From: an uncultured Isosphaeraceae bacterium
Lineage (GTDB): Bacteria > Planctomycetota > Phycisphaerae > Phycisphaerales > SM1A02
Direction of reading: 5' to 3'
NCBI GenBank assembly: GCA_964546585.1
Contig: CAZJKE010000001.1
Span: 27,521 to 91,520, forward strand
DNA: 64,000 nucleotides
A program made the translations under genes and the position numbers. The notes beneath the pieces are model-generated. The model saw only the letters and a program-made list of their open reading frames with translations. It searched no databases and was not told the DNA's origin. This document shows, piece after piece, positions 9,226-18,195 of the stretch; the stretch's first letter is position 1, and every line of letters starts with the position of its first letter.

Positions 9226-10739
9226 AGAGAACTCTCGCGGCGGCGTTGCAATGCAGCAATCGCCACGGCTTGATCATCGAACTCCACTACTTCAGCTGCG
9301 AAGATCTGGGTTCGCTCGTGCCCTTTGCCAGCGATGATGACGACATCACAAGCCTCCGCTTCCTCAATAGCCCTGCCGATGGCTTCGCGGCGGTCGACGA
9401 TTCGCTGCACGCGGCGGCCGCAGTCCGGCGGCACGCCGTCAAGCACCTGATCGAGAATGGCGTTGGGGTCCTCGCTGCGTGGATTGTCGCTGGTTGCATA
9501 CACAGCGTCGGCCAACTGGGCGGCGATGCGGCCCATTCTCGGCCTCTTGCCTCGATCTCGATCGCCGCCACACCCGAACACAATGCGGAGCCGCCCCTGA
9601 GAGGGAACCATGGGCCGCACGGCTTCAAGAACATGTTCCAACGCATCATCGGTATGGGCGAAGTCGACCAGCACGCGAGGGCCGTCTGCTTCGATCATCT
9701 GCAGTCGGCCGGGTGGCGGAGTCGCTGTTGCCAGAGCTGCTGCAATCGCCGCATCGCTCACCCCGAACTCCCAGGCGGCGACGGTGGCTTGCAGGGCATT
9801 GATGGCATTGTGCGGGCCGATCAACGGAAGGTGCGTGGACATCGTGCCCCACGGGCCGTGCAGGCGAATGTTCGACCCGGCGAGAGATTGCGATTCGACT
9901 TCTACCCACGCCGCGGCTGCATCGCTCTCGAGCCGGCATGATGTCACAGGGGCTGTGGCATGGTCGGCAACTCTCCATCCCACAGGATCATCCATGTTGA
10001 TAATCGCGTGGCCGTGGACACTGTCGAACAACCGCAACTTTGCCCGCAGATATGCATCGATCGACCCGTGGTAGTCCATGTGATCGCCCGAGAGATTGGT
10101 GTAGATGCCGGTGTCGAATTGGAGGCCGGCGGTGCGACCTTGATCGAGTGCGTGGCTGGAACACTCCATGACAGCAGCGCCGCAACCATTGGCAACCATC
10201 TTCCCGAGCCTCCTGCTCACTTCGCAGAATCCGGGTGTGGTGAGCGTCGCAGCATGTTGGTCGTCGCCGTCGCTGCAGGCGATCGTCGTCAACATGCCGC
10301 ACTTGGTACCGGTGGACGTGAGGATGTGGTGGGTCAGCCAAGCCACGGTCGTCTTGCCATTGGTTCCTGTCACGCCGATCAGATGGAGTGTGTTGGAGGG
10401 ACTGCCGTGAAACTTCTCTGCCACGGCCGCGCCAACGCTGGTGGGATCGTGCGCGTGAACGATGGTCGTCCCGTTCAGACTGGTTGAATCAGGGGTGCAG
10501 ATGATTGCTGCAGCGCCGCGCGAGACCGCATCGGCGATGAAGACCCGCCCGTCCCTGCGTGCGCCGCTGCGCGCGATGAACACCGCCCCGGGCGTCACAT
10601 GTTCTGAGTGGTCCACGACATCCGTGACAGTCGTGCCGTCAGATCCCTGATGCGTCCGTGCATCCAGCCCTGCAATGAGCGAACCAATCGTCTCCATCCC
10701 TGTACCCACAGCATACCCGACGCTTCCAAGACGCCGCAC
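9222..10739 (-). CDS. murE: UDP-N-acetylmuramoyl-L-alanyl-D-glutamate--2,6-diaminopimelate ligase
   Basis: GVTGTNGKTT P-loop; the DNPRSEDP motif is typical of MurE. GTG start at 10739 (alternative ATG at 10697). Confidence 0.9.
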   Translation of the reverse strand: MRRLGSVGYAVGTGMETIGSLIAGLDARTHQGSDGTTVTDVVDHSEHVTPGAVFIARSGARRDGRVFIADAVSRGAAAIICTPDSTSLNGTTIVHAHDPTSVGAAVAEKFHGSPSNTLHLIGVTGTNGKTTVAWLTHHILTSTGTKCGMLTTIACSDGDDQHAATLTTPGFCEVSRRLGKMVANGCGAAVMECSSHALDQGRTAGLQFDTGIYTNLSGDHMDYHGSIDAYLRAKLRLFDSVHGHAIINMDDPVGWRVADHATAPVTSCRLESDAAAAWVEVESQSLAGSNIRLHGPWGTMSTHLPLIGPHNAINALQATVAAWEFGVSDAAIAAALATATPPPGRLQMIEADGPRVLVDFAHTDDALEHVLEAVRPMVPSQGRLRIVFGCGGDRDRGKRPRMGRIAAQLADAVYATSDNPRSEDPNAILDQVLDGVPPDCGRRVQRIVDRREAIGRAIEEAEACDVVIIAGKGHERTQIFAAEVVEFDDQAVAIAALQRRRESSL

Positions 10740-10761
10740 TCAATTCTGGCTGTCACCTTGT

Positions 10762-11826
10762 CTAGGCGATGAGCATGGCGTCGCCGTAACTGTAGAAGCG
10801 GTAGTTGGCGGCGATGGCTGCAGCGTAGGCGGCGCGGAGCGGCTGGATGCCGATCATGGCAGCGACCAGGGCAAGGAGTGTGGACCTGGGGAGATGAAAA
10901 TTGGTCAGGAGACCGTCAATCAGCCGGAACTCCCAGGGCGGGGCGATCAGCAGTTCAGTCACTCCGCAGAGCCCGCCCGAATTCGGCCACGATGGGAGCG
11001 GTGGCAGCGATTCGAGAGCTCTCACCACTGTGGTCCCAACTGCAATGACCCGGCGGCCCTCCTCACGAGCGGTCGCGATCGCATCCAGAGCCCTCTGCGA
11101 CACGGCCCATGCCTCGCTGTGCATCCTGTGATCTTCAATTCGATCGGCGGTGATGGGCCGGAAAGTTCCCGCACCGACATGCAGCGTAATCGCAGCGCGG
11201 GCAATGCCGCGGTCATCAAGTGCCTGCAAGAGTGGCTGGTCAAAGTGCAGGCCAGCAGTCGGCGCCGCCACCGACCTTCGCTGCAGCGGGTCAGCGTAGA
11301 CCGTTTCGTACCGCCTCCGATCCTCACCATCGTCAAACACTCGCTCCTCTCGCGCCCGGCGGATATATGGGGGTAGCGGAGTCGATCCGATTTCGCCGAG
11401 CACCACCTCCGCATCGGCGTCAGCAGAACAGGTGCACACCCACGAACCCTGCCGTTTCTCATCCAGCCGCAGTTCGACCCCTCCAAGTTCCACAACGGCT
11501 CCGACCCGAAGACGACCATTGCTTTGGAGCAGGACGACCCACCCACCGCTGGCCTCCTGCGAAAGAAACAAACCCTCTACACGCCCCCCGCTGTCCGCCC
11601 GCCGCCCGATAAACCGAGCCGGCAGAACCGCCGTTTCGTTCACTACCAGCAAGTCGCCGGGCTGGAGAAGCATTGGGAGATCCCGCACCACATGGTGGCC
11701 TCGCAGCACCCCGCCGCGGTCAAGCAACAGCAGCCTCGCGTCCGATCGCCGTCGCGCCGGCTCGGTGGCAATGAGCCTCGCCGGCAGGTCGTAGTCAAGA
11801 TCCGCTACGGCCAGTGCCTCGCTCAT
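10762..11826 (-). CDS. queA: S-adenosylmethionine:tRNA ribosyltransferase-isomerase
   Basis: LPPYI, TLHVGAGTFRP, VGTTVVRALES and NFHLPRSTLL motifs. Start set to ATG 11826 (MSEALAVADLDYDLP), which overlaps the upstream stop as ATGA. Confidence 0.9.
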   Translation of the reverse strand: MSEALAVADLDYDLPARLIATEPARRRSDARLLLLDRGGVLRGHHVVRDLPMLLQPGDLLVVNETAVLPARFIGRRADSGGRVEGLFLSQEASGGWVVLLQSNGRLRVGAVVELGGVELRLDEKRQGSWVCTCSADADAEVVLGEIGSTPLPPYIRRAREERVFDDGEDRRRYETVYADPLQRRSVAAPTAGLHFDQPLLQALDDRGIARAAITLHVGAGTFRPITADRIEDHRMHSEAWAVSQRALDAIATAREEGRRVIAVGTTVVRALESLPPLPSWPNSGGLCGVTELLIAPPWEFRLIDGLLTNFHLPRSTLLALVAAMIGIQPLRAAYAAAIAANYRFYSYGDAMLIA

Positions 11827-12329
11827 ACGATTACCGCGGATTCGGGCAAATACGCAACCAGGACATCCGGCACACGTCGCAGACCTCTTCGCAAGGCCTT
11901 GCCCACGGAATACCGAAGGGCATTGTCTCGCCTCCTCAACACGCGATCGGTTACCGAGAACCCATTCGCCTCCATCGCCTGAAGCGACCACGCCCACGCA
12001 TGGTATTCCTCAAGACATCGAGGTCGATACACCCTGAAGCCAATGGCATGATGGCCGACCTCATGAAGAAAGACCGAGCAACTCACCGGTCCGCGCGGAT
12101 ACGGCGCCTCGATCATCCGGCTTACGCCCCCATGTCGATCGTGAAGTTCCCACGCACACCCGCTGGTGCTTGATCTCCATCGCAAGACTCGAATGCCATA
12201 GGTCGCCTTCATCTGTGCAACCAATGCGTCATAGCGGCGCTGCATGGGCCGTTTGCGCGGCCCGGTACTCACCACCTCATCAGGCCGCCGTCGCAAGAGG
12301 TCCCAAAGGCCCAGACGCGGTGCTTTCAT
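11823..12329 (-). CDS. Small putative zinc metallopeptidase-like protein (HExxH motif), family unknown
   Basis: FLHEVGHHAIGF contains HEVGH; a downstream EEYHAWAW could supply a third ligand. ATGA overlaps on both sides (fmt stop at 12326-12329, queA start at 11823-11826). Confidence 0.45.
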   Translation of the reverse strand: MKAPRLGLWDLLRRRPDEVVSTGPRKRPMQRRYDALVAQMKATYGIRVLRWRSSTSGCAWELHDRHGGVSRMIEAPYPRGPVSCSVFLHEVGHHAIGFRVYRPRCLEEYHAWAWSLQAMEANGFSVTDRVLRRRDNALRYSVGKALRRGLRRVPDVLVAYLPESAVIV

Positions 12330-13234
12330 CCAACAGCCTCGCATTGCGATCCATCCTCTACCGGATGGCCGACGATGAACGATTGCCAGTCCATGCTCCG
12401 ACCGCCAGCGGGCTGAAGTTCAAGAATGCGAACCGAGCCCTGTCGGACGCCAATCAATCCATCTCTCCCCACCTCACCGAGTCTTGCAGAGCCTTCGGCC
12501 GACGCCTCCGCCCGAAGCAACTTGCAGTCCACGCCATCGAGTTTCACATGACAACCCGGCCATGGAGAGAGCCCTCGAATCCGGGCCGCCACCTCCGCCG
12601 CTGCACGGGAGAAGTCGAGCTTTGCATTGGCCCTGGACAGTTTCGCCGCCTTGGTGACTGCGGATGCGTCCTGCGGCCGAGGCATGAGGCAGCCTCGCTC
12701 GTGATCCCGCAGCACGGCCATGATCAAATCCGGCCCGCTCGCCGCAAGCCGGTCGTGCAATTCTCCGGCGGTTTCGAGCGGGCCGATCGGCGTGGACTCC
12801 TGCGCAAGAATCTCACCGGCATCCATTCTGTCTGCAAGCGTGATGACGCTATTGCCCGTTTCCGCGTCCCCCGCCATGATCGCCCAGTTGATCGGCGCGG
12901 CGCCGCGCCACCGAGGCAGCAATGACGCATGCAGGTTGATGGCGAGGCGATCGCCAATGAACTCTTCCGAAAGTTTCTGACCAAAGGCGATGACCACTAA
13001 TACATCCGGATGCAGGGCATCCACCAACGCCGCGTCCGCGTTGATGTCGCCGCTCTCGATCAGCGGAATGTCCGCGTCAGCGGCCCACGATGCAATCGGT
13101 GTCGGCGTGACCTTGCGATTCCGTCCCCGCGGCCGCGGTGGTTGGGAGCCCACGCCAACGACCTCCAACTCACTCCAAAGCCTCCTCAGCGTGGGCAACC
13201 CGAATTCGCTCGAGCCAAGAAAAAACACACGCAT
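12326..13234 (-). CDS. fmt: Methionyl-tRNA formyltransferase
   Basis: MRVFFLGSSEFGLPTL N-terminus and HASLLPRWRGAAPI motif. ATG at 13234 (GTG at 13237). Confidence 0.9.
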   Translation of the reverse strand: MRVFFLGSSEFGLPTLRRLWSELEVVGVGSQPPRPRGRNRKVTPTPIASWAADADIPLIESGDINADAALVDALHPDVLVVIAFGQKLSEEFIGDRLAINLHASLLPRWRGAAPINWAIMAGDAETGNSVITLADRMDAGEILAQESTPIGPLETAGELHDRLAASGPDLIMAVLRDHERGCLMPRPQDASAVTKAAKLSRANAKLDFSRAAAEVAARIRGLSPWPGCHVKLDGVDCKLLRAEASAEGSARLGEVGRDGLIGVRQGSVRILELQPAGGRSMDWQSFIVGHPVEDGSQCEAVG

Positions 13235-13239
13235 CACAA

Positions 13240-13746
13240 TCAGGCCTCGCGCTCAAGCGATCGCAGTTGCCTGCGATTCGCAAGACGATCCATCGGGCCC
13301 ATACGGTCAATGATCAGTACGCCATCAAGATGATCCCGCTCGTGCTGCCAGACCCTCCCCATGAAATCGTCAGCCACTTCCTCATGCACATTCCCAGACA
13401 AGTCCAGCGACCGCATGACAACGGAGACCGGACGCGCCACATCCACCCTGACACCCGGCAGGCTCAGGCAGCCCTCTTCGTTCACCTCCACCGCGGGATG
13501 GAGCACCTCGATCACCGGGTTGACCCGGACAAGATCCTCCTCCTCACCGCGGGTGACAAAGACCCGCCACGGCAGGCCGACTTGAGGCGCCGCGAGCCCA
13601 ATTCCCTCATGTTCGTGCATCAAATCAATCATGGTTCTCGCAACCGCCGCCACCTGCGCGTCGCTTGGGTCAACGTCTACACAGGACTGCCGCAGAGCCT
13701 TCGCGGGATAGATCAACAACTTCAGGAGCGCAGGATCAACGGGCAT
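13240..13746 (-). CDS. def: Peptide deformylase
   Basis: GIGLAAPQVG, EGCLSLPG and HERDHLDG motifs. Confidence 0.93.
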   Translation of the reverse strand: MPVDPALLKLLIYPAKALRQSCVDVDPSDAQVAAVARTMIDLMHEHEGIGLAAPQVGLPWRVFVTRGEEEDLVRVNPVIEVLHPAVEVNEEGCLSLPGVRVDVARPVSVVMRSLDLSGNVHEEVADDFMGRVWQHERDHLDGVLIIDRMGPMDRLANRRQLRSLEREA

Positions 13747-13824
13747 CGCCCTATGCTACCGTCCGTTGACCCGGGGCCAAGTTCGTCGTACCGTGGGCGT
13801 CCGCAAACGCATTGGAGTTGATTC

Positions 13825-15285
13825 GTGGCAATCTTCGGCAAGAAGAAGACAGGTGACATTGAGGCCCCATTCATGCCGCAGCCGGACAAGGCTCGCGCTT
13901 GGTTTGAGCGCGCCCGCCAGATGGCGGCTAGTTCAAATTATGAATCTGCATTCGCCTTCTATGCCAACGGTTTCAAACTCGACCCCACCGATCTCATGCT
14001 GCACAACGAGGCATTGGAATTGGCCGGCCGCTACCGCGACGCCGGCGGCGAAGCCGCCACCAGCAAGCAGATCAAGCAGGTCGACGGCGAAACTGACATC
14101 GACCATTTTGTCGCCGCCCTCTTCGCATGGTGGCACGATGCCGCCAATGCCAAATTCGCGATGAAGGCGGTTGCAGCTGCCGCCGGAGCTGGCCAAGGCG
14201 AGTTCGGTTGTGCGATGGCCGATCGGCTCATCGCACTTGCCAGAAGCGGAGACCGAGTTCTTGGCTACAAGGAACTCAAGCAGCTGATGGAACTCTTCAA
14301 GTCGACCGGTGCCTGGAATCAGGCGCTCGCAGTCGGCCAGGCCGCGCTCCGCGCCAAACCAGATGATTCGATCCTCGAAAAACAGTTGAATGAACTTGCC
14401 GCCGAGCGTGCGATGGAAGAGGGTGGCTACAACGAACTCACCGGCGAGGCGGGCCAGTTTCGAAAGTTCGTAAAGGACATCGACAAGCAGCGAGAACTCG
14501 AAGAGGAGGAATCGCTGGCAGGCGCGGGCGGCAGCCGCGAGCGGGTCATTGAACGAGCGAAGATTGAGTTCGAAGCCAATCCCTCGTCGCCCGAGGCCGT
14601 CAACAAGTACGCCCAACTCCTTCGAAAACAGGGGACGCCTGAGTCAATCAAACAGTCCATCGAAGTTTTCATGGCCGGCTTTCGCGAAACTGGTGAATAC
14701 CGGTTCCGCATGGCCGCGGCCGACCTCAAGATTCAGGCCGCGGCGGATCAGATTCGCCAACTGGAATTGAAGGCGGAACAGGAACCCGGCGATGAGAGCA
14801 GGGAGCGGCTCGCTGCGGCAGAGGCGGAGTTGCTCGGCTTCAAGAAGAAGGAATATGAAGAACGCGCAAGCAAGTATCCGACAGATCGCATGATTCGCTT
14901 TCAACTTGGCGAGTTGGCCATTGAGGACGGCGATATCAATCTGGCAATGGAGTGCTTCCAGAAGGCCAAGGACGAGCCGCGGCTTCGCGTGCGGGCCAGC
15001 CACGCACTTGGAAACTGTTTCGCCAGAGAAGAGTGGCACACGGAGGCTGTTGCTGAATACAACGAAGCGCTCAAGGCGCTCGAAGGTGGAGACACCGCCA
15101 CCGAACTGGCGATTCGTTACGATCTCATGAAGAGCCTCACGAGCAAGGCCGAACGAGACTCCAATGTCGACATGGCGCGGGAAGCGCTGGACATCTGTTC
15201 TTCCATCGCGCGCAAGGACATCACCTATCGCGACATTCGGGATTGCCGCAGACACCTTGACGATCTGGTCAGGAGTCTGGAGTAG
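13825..15285 (+). CDS. TPR-repeat protein, function unknown
   Basis: Helical repeat composition throughout (for example AFAFYANGFKLDP, AVAEYNEALKALEG). GTG start at 13825. The 3-prime end overlaps kdsB by 17 nt. Confidence 0.6.
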   Translation: MAIFGKKKTGDIEAPFMPQPDKARAWFERARQMAASSNYESAFAFYANGFKLDPTDLMLHNEALELAGRYRDAGGEAATSKQIKQVDGETDIDHFVAALFAWWHDAANAKFAMKAVAAAAGAGQGEFGCAMADRLIALARSGDRVLGYKELKQLMELFKSTGAWNQALAVGQAALRAKPDDSILEKQLNELAAERAMEEGGYNELTGEAGQFRKFVKDIDKQRELEEEESLAGAGGSRERVIERAKIEFEANPSSPEAVNKYAQLLRKQGTPESIKQSIEVFMAGFRETGEYRFRMAAADLKIQAAADQIRQLELKAEQEPGDESRERLAAAEAELLGFKKKEYEERASKYPTDRMIRFQLGELAIEDGDINLAMECFQKAKDEPRLRVRASHALGNCFAREEWHTEAVAEYNEALKALEGGDTATELAIRYDLMKSLTSKAERDSNVDMAREALDICSSIARKDITYRDIRDCRRHLDDLVRSLE

Positions 15286-15991
15286 CCCCAGCCTGACGCT
15301 TCACAAACGCGGCGTACTGTTCCGGCGTGTCGATGCCACCCTTCTGAGCGCCGACACATGCAACCGCCATGCGATACCCGTGCCCAATAACACGCAGTTG
15401 TTCAAGCCGCTGTCCCATCTCATCACTCGTCGCAGCAAGCGATGCGTACTTCGGCAGGAAGCCCGCTCGATAGACATACAGGCCCAGGTGGCGCAACTGA
15501 TCTACACCGTCTTTTTTTTCGCGAGAGAAGTTCGCCGCCTCGCCGCATCCGTCCAGGGTGACCTTGACGACATTGGGGTCCTCGGACTCGCCCGCCTCCA
15601 AGGGGCATGCCGCCGTGGCCATTGGGCACTCCGCGCCCGCAGCGATCAGCGCCGCCACCGACTTGTTGATGACCTCCGGATCGAGTTCCGGCTCATCAGC
15701 CTGCACATTCACAACGATGTCGCAGTCAAGTGTTGAGACCGCCTCCGTAACCCGGCTGGTGCCATTGGAATGTTCGCCGGTCATAACCACTTCGACACCG
15801 GCTTCACGCACCGCCTCGGCGATCTCTTCAGCATCCGTCGCAACAATGACCCTATCCGCACACGATCGCTCCGCAACGCGGCATGCATACACAATCAGAG
15901 GAATACCCGTTTCGCTGGCGAGGACCTTGCGTGGAAACCGCGTGGACGCCAGCCGTGCCGGAATGACTGCAATGACCGTTGGCTGCCCCAT
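15269..15991 (-). CDS. kdsB: 3-deoxy-manno-octulosonate cytidylyltransferase (CMP-KDO synthetase)
   Basis: VIAVIPARLASTRFPRKVL N-terminal motif and VVNVQADEP. Start set at ATG 15991. Confidence 0.85.
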   Translation of the reverse strand: MGQPTVIAVIPARLASTRFPRKVLASETGIPLIVYACRVAERSCADRVIVATDAEEIAEAVREAGVEVVMTGEHSNGTSRVTEAVSTLDCDIVVNVQADEPELDPEVINKSVAALIAAGAECPMATAACPLEAGESEDPNVVKVTLDGCGEAANFSREKKDGVDQLRHLGLYVYRAGFLPKYASLAATSDEMGQRLEQLRVIGHGYRMAVACVGAQKGGIDTPEQYAAFVKRQAGATPDS

Positions 15992-16072
15992 GGTGGGAGT
16001 CTCCCATCTCTCCGCCCCGTTTGCCAGCACAGCGGGGTTGCTGCGGCGTGGCGGCCCGTGCTACACTTGGCC

Positions 16073-17896
16073 ATGCCCAAGAACGAAGGCGAGACATTTC
16101 TCAGCCAGTTCGGACGAAGTGGGGATTCCACCGAGTTCTACTCGCCGATACCCGAAGGGTACGAGCGTGGCCGCACCCGCTATGTGATCGTTCTTGGCAC
16201 TGTCATGTCCGGGCTCGGCAAGGGCATCTTCAGTTCATCGCTTGCTAAACTCCTCAAGGACAAGGGGTTGGCGGTCGCCCCGGTCAAGTTGGAAGGCTAC
16301 CTGAATATCGATTCCGGGACGCTGAACCCTTTCCGACACGGCGAGGTGTTCGTGCTGGACGACGGCACTGAATGCGACATGGACCTTGGGACCTACGAGC
16401 GGATTCTCGATCAGGACCTGTCCCGCAGCAATTTCACGACAGCGGGGCAGATCTACACGGAGATTCTGCGGCGAGAGCGCAAAGGCGGCTACCTCGGCCG
16501 GGATGTGCAGATGATTCCCCATGTGACGGGGGAAGTGAAACGGCGACTGCGTCAACTGGCCATCGACGGTGCTGAGGGCGACGGGCAAGCAGATGTGGTC
16601 TTTGTCGAGGTCGGCGGCACGGTTGGCGACTACGAAAACGGTTTCTACATCGAAGCCCTTCGGGAACTGGCCTACGAAGAAGGACCGAACAGCGCATGTT
16701 TCGTCGCGCTCACCTACATCGTGGAGCCGGCGATTCTCGGCGAACAGAAGTCGAAGCCCGCCCAACTTGGCATCAAACGTCTCATGGCGACCGGCATTCA
16801 ACCACACCTTGTTGCCTGCCGTGCGGAAGCACCCGTGACGGAAACGGTCCGCCAGAAGATTTCGATGTTCTCCAATGTGGCGATTCAGTGCGTCTTCTCG
16901 ATGCACGATCGCGAGTCGATTTACACCATTCCGGACGCCATGCGGAGCGAGGGGCTAGATCGCGAAATCCTGTCCATTCTGTCACTGCACGATCGCGTGG
17001 ACGCGATGCAGGAAGACCGGGCCAGAAGCCAGTGGCAGCAATACACTGCCTGGACAACATCACCGCGAGAATACGACATCACCATCGGCATCCTCGGCAA
17101 GTACACAGCCATTCGCGATGCCTATGCGTCCATTGACAAAGCGATCGAACACGCCACGACACATTTGCGGGCTGCCGCAGATATTCGTTGGATCGATGTG
17201 AGTGATCTCGACGGTGATTCGATTGATGCACGCCTGCAGAGTGAATCGTTGGACGGGGTCATCATTCCGGGCGGATTTGGCGAGCGCGGCATCGAAGGCA
17301 AGATCGCCGGCGTGCAGTGGCTTCGCGAAAACGAAATTCCTTTCCTCGGCATTTGTCTTGGCTTCCAGATGGCCGTCATCGAATACGCCCGCAACATGCT
17401 TGGACTCGAAACGGCCCATTCCACCGAATTTGAACCAACGGCCGCGCATCGGGTGATCGCTGAGTTGCCGGAGCAGAAGGAAATCGAGGGCCTCGGCGGC
17501 ACCATGAGACTCGGCGGCCAGGATGTGGCAATTACGTCCGGCACCCGCGCGGCCTGCCTGTACGGAGACACCCATGCCCGAGAACGCTTCAGGCACCGGT
17601 TTGAAGTCGAGCCGGCCTTCATCGCCCAGTTGACCGAGGCGGGACTGCTGTTCAGCGGCCGTCATCCGGATCATGAGATCATGCAGATTCTCGAGTTGCC
17701 TCCTGAGGTACACCCCTACTTCGTTGCGGCGCAGTTTCACCCGGAATTGACCAGCCGCCCCCTTCGGCCGCAGCCGATGTTCATGGGCCTTGTTGCCGCG
17801 GCCATCGCGAACCGCCTTGGCGGCGCAGTACCCGACTCCATCGAGGATCGCTGGTGTTCCCGTGGCATCAACGATCATGCCGGGCAGGTGACTTGA
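16073..17896 (+). CDS. pyrG: CTP synthase
   Basis: RYVIVLGTVMSGLGKGI N-terminal synthetase motif and GICLGFQ glutamine amidotransferase nucleophile. Start set at ATG 16073, because the track ORF start overlaps kdsB. Confidence 0.95.
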   Translation: MPKNEGETFLSQFGRSGDSTEFYSPIPEGYERGRTRYVIVLGTVMSGLGKGIFSSSLAKLLKDKGLAVAPVKLEGYLNIDSGTLNPFRHGEVFVLDDGTECDMDLGTYERILDQDLSRSNFTTAGQIYTEILRRERKGGYLGRDVQMIPHVTGEVKRRLRQLAIDGAEGDGQADVVFVEVGGTVGDYENGFYIEALRELAYEEGPNSACFVALTYIVEPAILGEQKSKPAQLGIKRLMATGIQPHLVACRAEAPVTETVRQKISMFSNVAIQCVFSMHDRESIYTIPDAMRSEGLDREILSILSLHDRVDAMQEDRARSQWQQYTAWTTSPREYDITIGILGKYTAIRDAYASIDKAIEHATTHLRAAADIRWIDVSDLDGDSIDARLQSESLDGVIIPGGFGERGIEGKIAGVQWLRENEIPFLGICLGFQMAVIEYARNMLGLETAHSTEFEPTAAHRVIAELPEQKEIEGLGGTMRLGGQDVAITSGTRAACLYGDTHARERFRHRFEVEPAFIAQLTEAGLLFSGRHPDHEIMQILELPPEVHPYFVAAQFHPELTSRPLRPQPMFMGLVAAAIANRLGGAVPDSIEDRWCSRGINDHAGQVT

Positions 17897-17920
17897 CCCT
17901 GCGGTTCTGCCCCGTAGACT
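17893..17920 (+). promoter_or_regulatory. Putative sigma70-type promoter for the CAU-anticodon tRNA
   Basis: TTGACC (17893-17898), 16-nt spacer, TAGACT (17915-17920), 10 nt before the first tRNA base. It overlaps the pyrG stop codon. Confidence 0.4.
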
Positions 17921-17930
17921 TCCACATTCT

Positions 17931-18004
17931 GGCGGTATAGCTCAGTTGGTTAGAGCGAGGGATTCATAAGCCCTAGGTCGCTGGTTCGAATCCAGCTACC
18001 GCCA
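17931..18004 (+). tRNA. tRNA with CAU anticodon (elongator Met or lysidine-modified Ile2; not initiator)
   Basis: Cloverleaf: acceptor GGCGGTA/TACCGCC, D-arm GCTC..GAGC, anticodon loop TTCATAA, T-arm GCTGG-TTCGAAT-CCAGC, discriminator A. No encoded CCA. The G1-C72 pair argues against an initiator. Confidence 0.9.
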
Positions 18005-18037
18005 TTGACAAGGCCGCCCTTGCGGCGGCTTTGTCAA
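18005..18037. terminator. 14-bp perfect-stem hairpin between two convergent tRNA genes (possible bidirectional terminator or processing site)
   Basis: TTGACAAGGCCGCC-CTTGC-GGCGGCTTTGTCAA (one G-T wobble), starting directly after the tRNA discriminator base. No U-tract. Confidence 0.4.
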
Positions 18038-18099
18038 GAGAGAGTCGAGAGCAGGGCGCAGACGGTAGGGCGCCATCACTCATCTCGGGGGGTCAAGAA

Positions 18100-18188
18100 C
18101 GGTGGGGGTGGGATTCGAACCCACGAAGAGGCTGACGCCCCTTGCCGGTTTTCAAGACCGGTGCCTTCAACCGCTCGGCCACCCCACC
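18100..18188 (-). tRNA. tRNA-Ser (UGA anticodon)
   Basis: Reverse complement GGTGGGGTGGCCGAGCGGTTGAAGGCACCGGTCTTGAAAACCGG..GTGGGTTCGAATCCCACCCCCACCG, with a long variable arm and anticodon loop CTTGAAA. Confidence 0.9.
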
Positions 18189-18195
18189 CAACGCC

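Noticed and set aside
17931-18004. Initiator tRNA-fMet
   Set aside because: Positions 1-72 form a G-C pair, and the three consecutive G-C pairs sit at 28-30/40-42 rather than 29-31/39-41. It is therefore an elongator-type CAU tRNA.
17931-18188. tRNA-associated genomic island or integrated element
   Set aside because: There is no integrase, no duplicated tRNA 3-prime segment, and no compositional break. The flanking genes (pyrG, sulfotransferase, sdh operon) look native.
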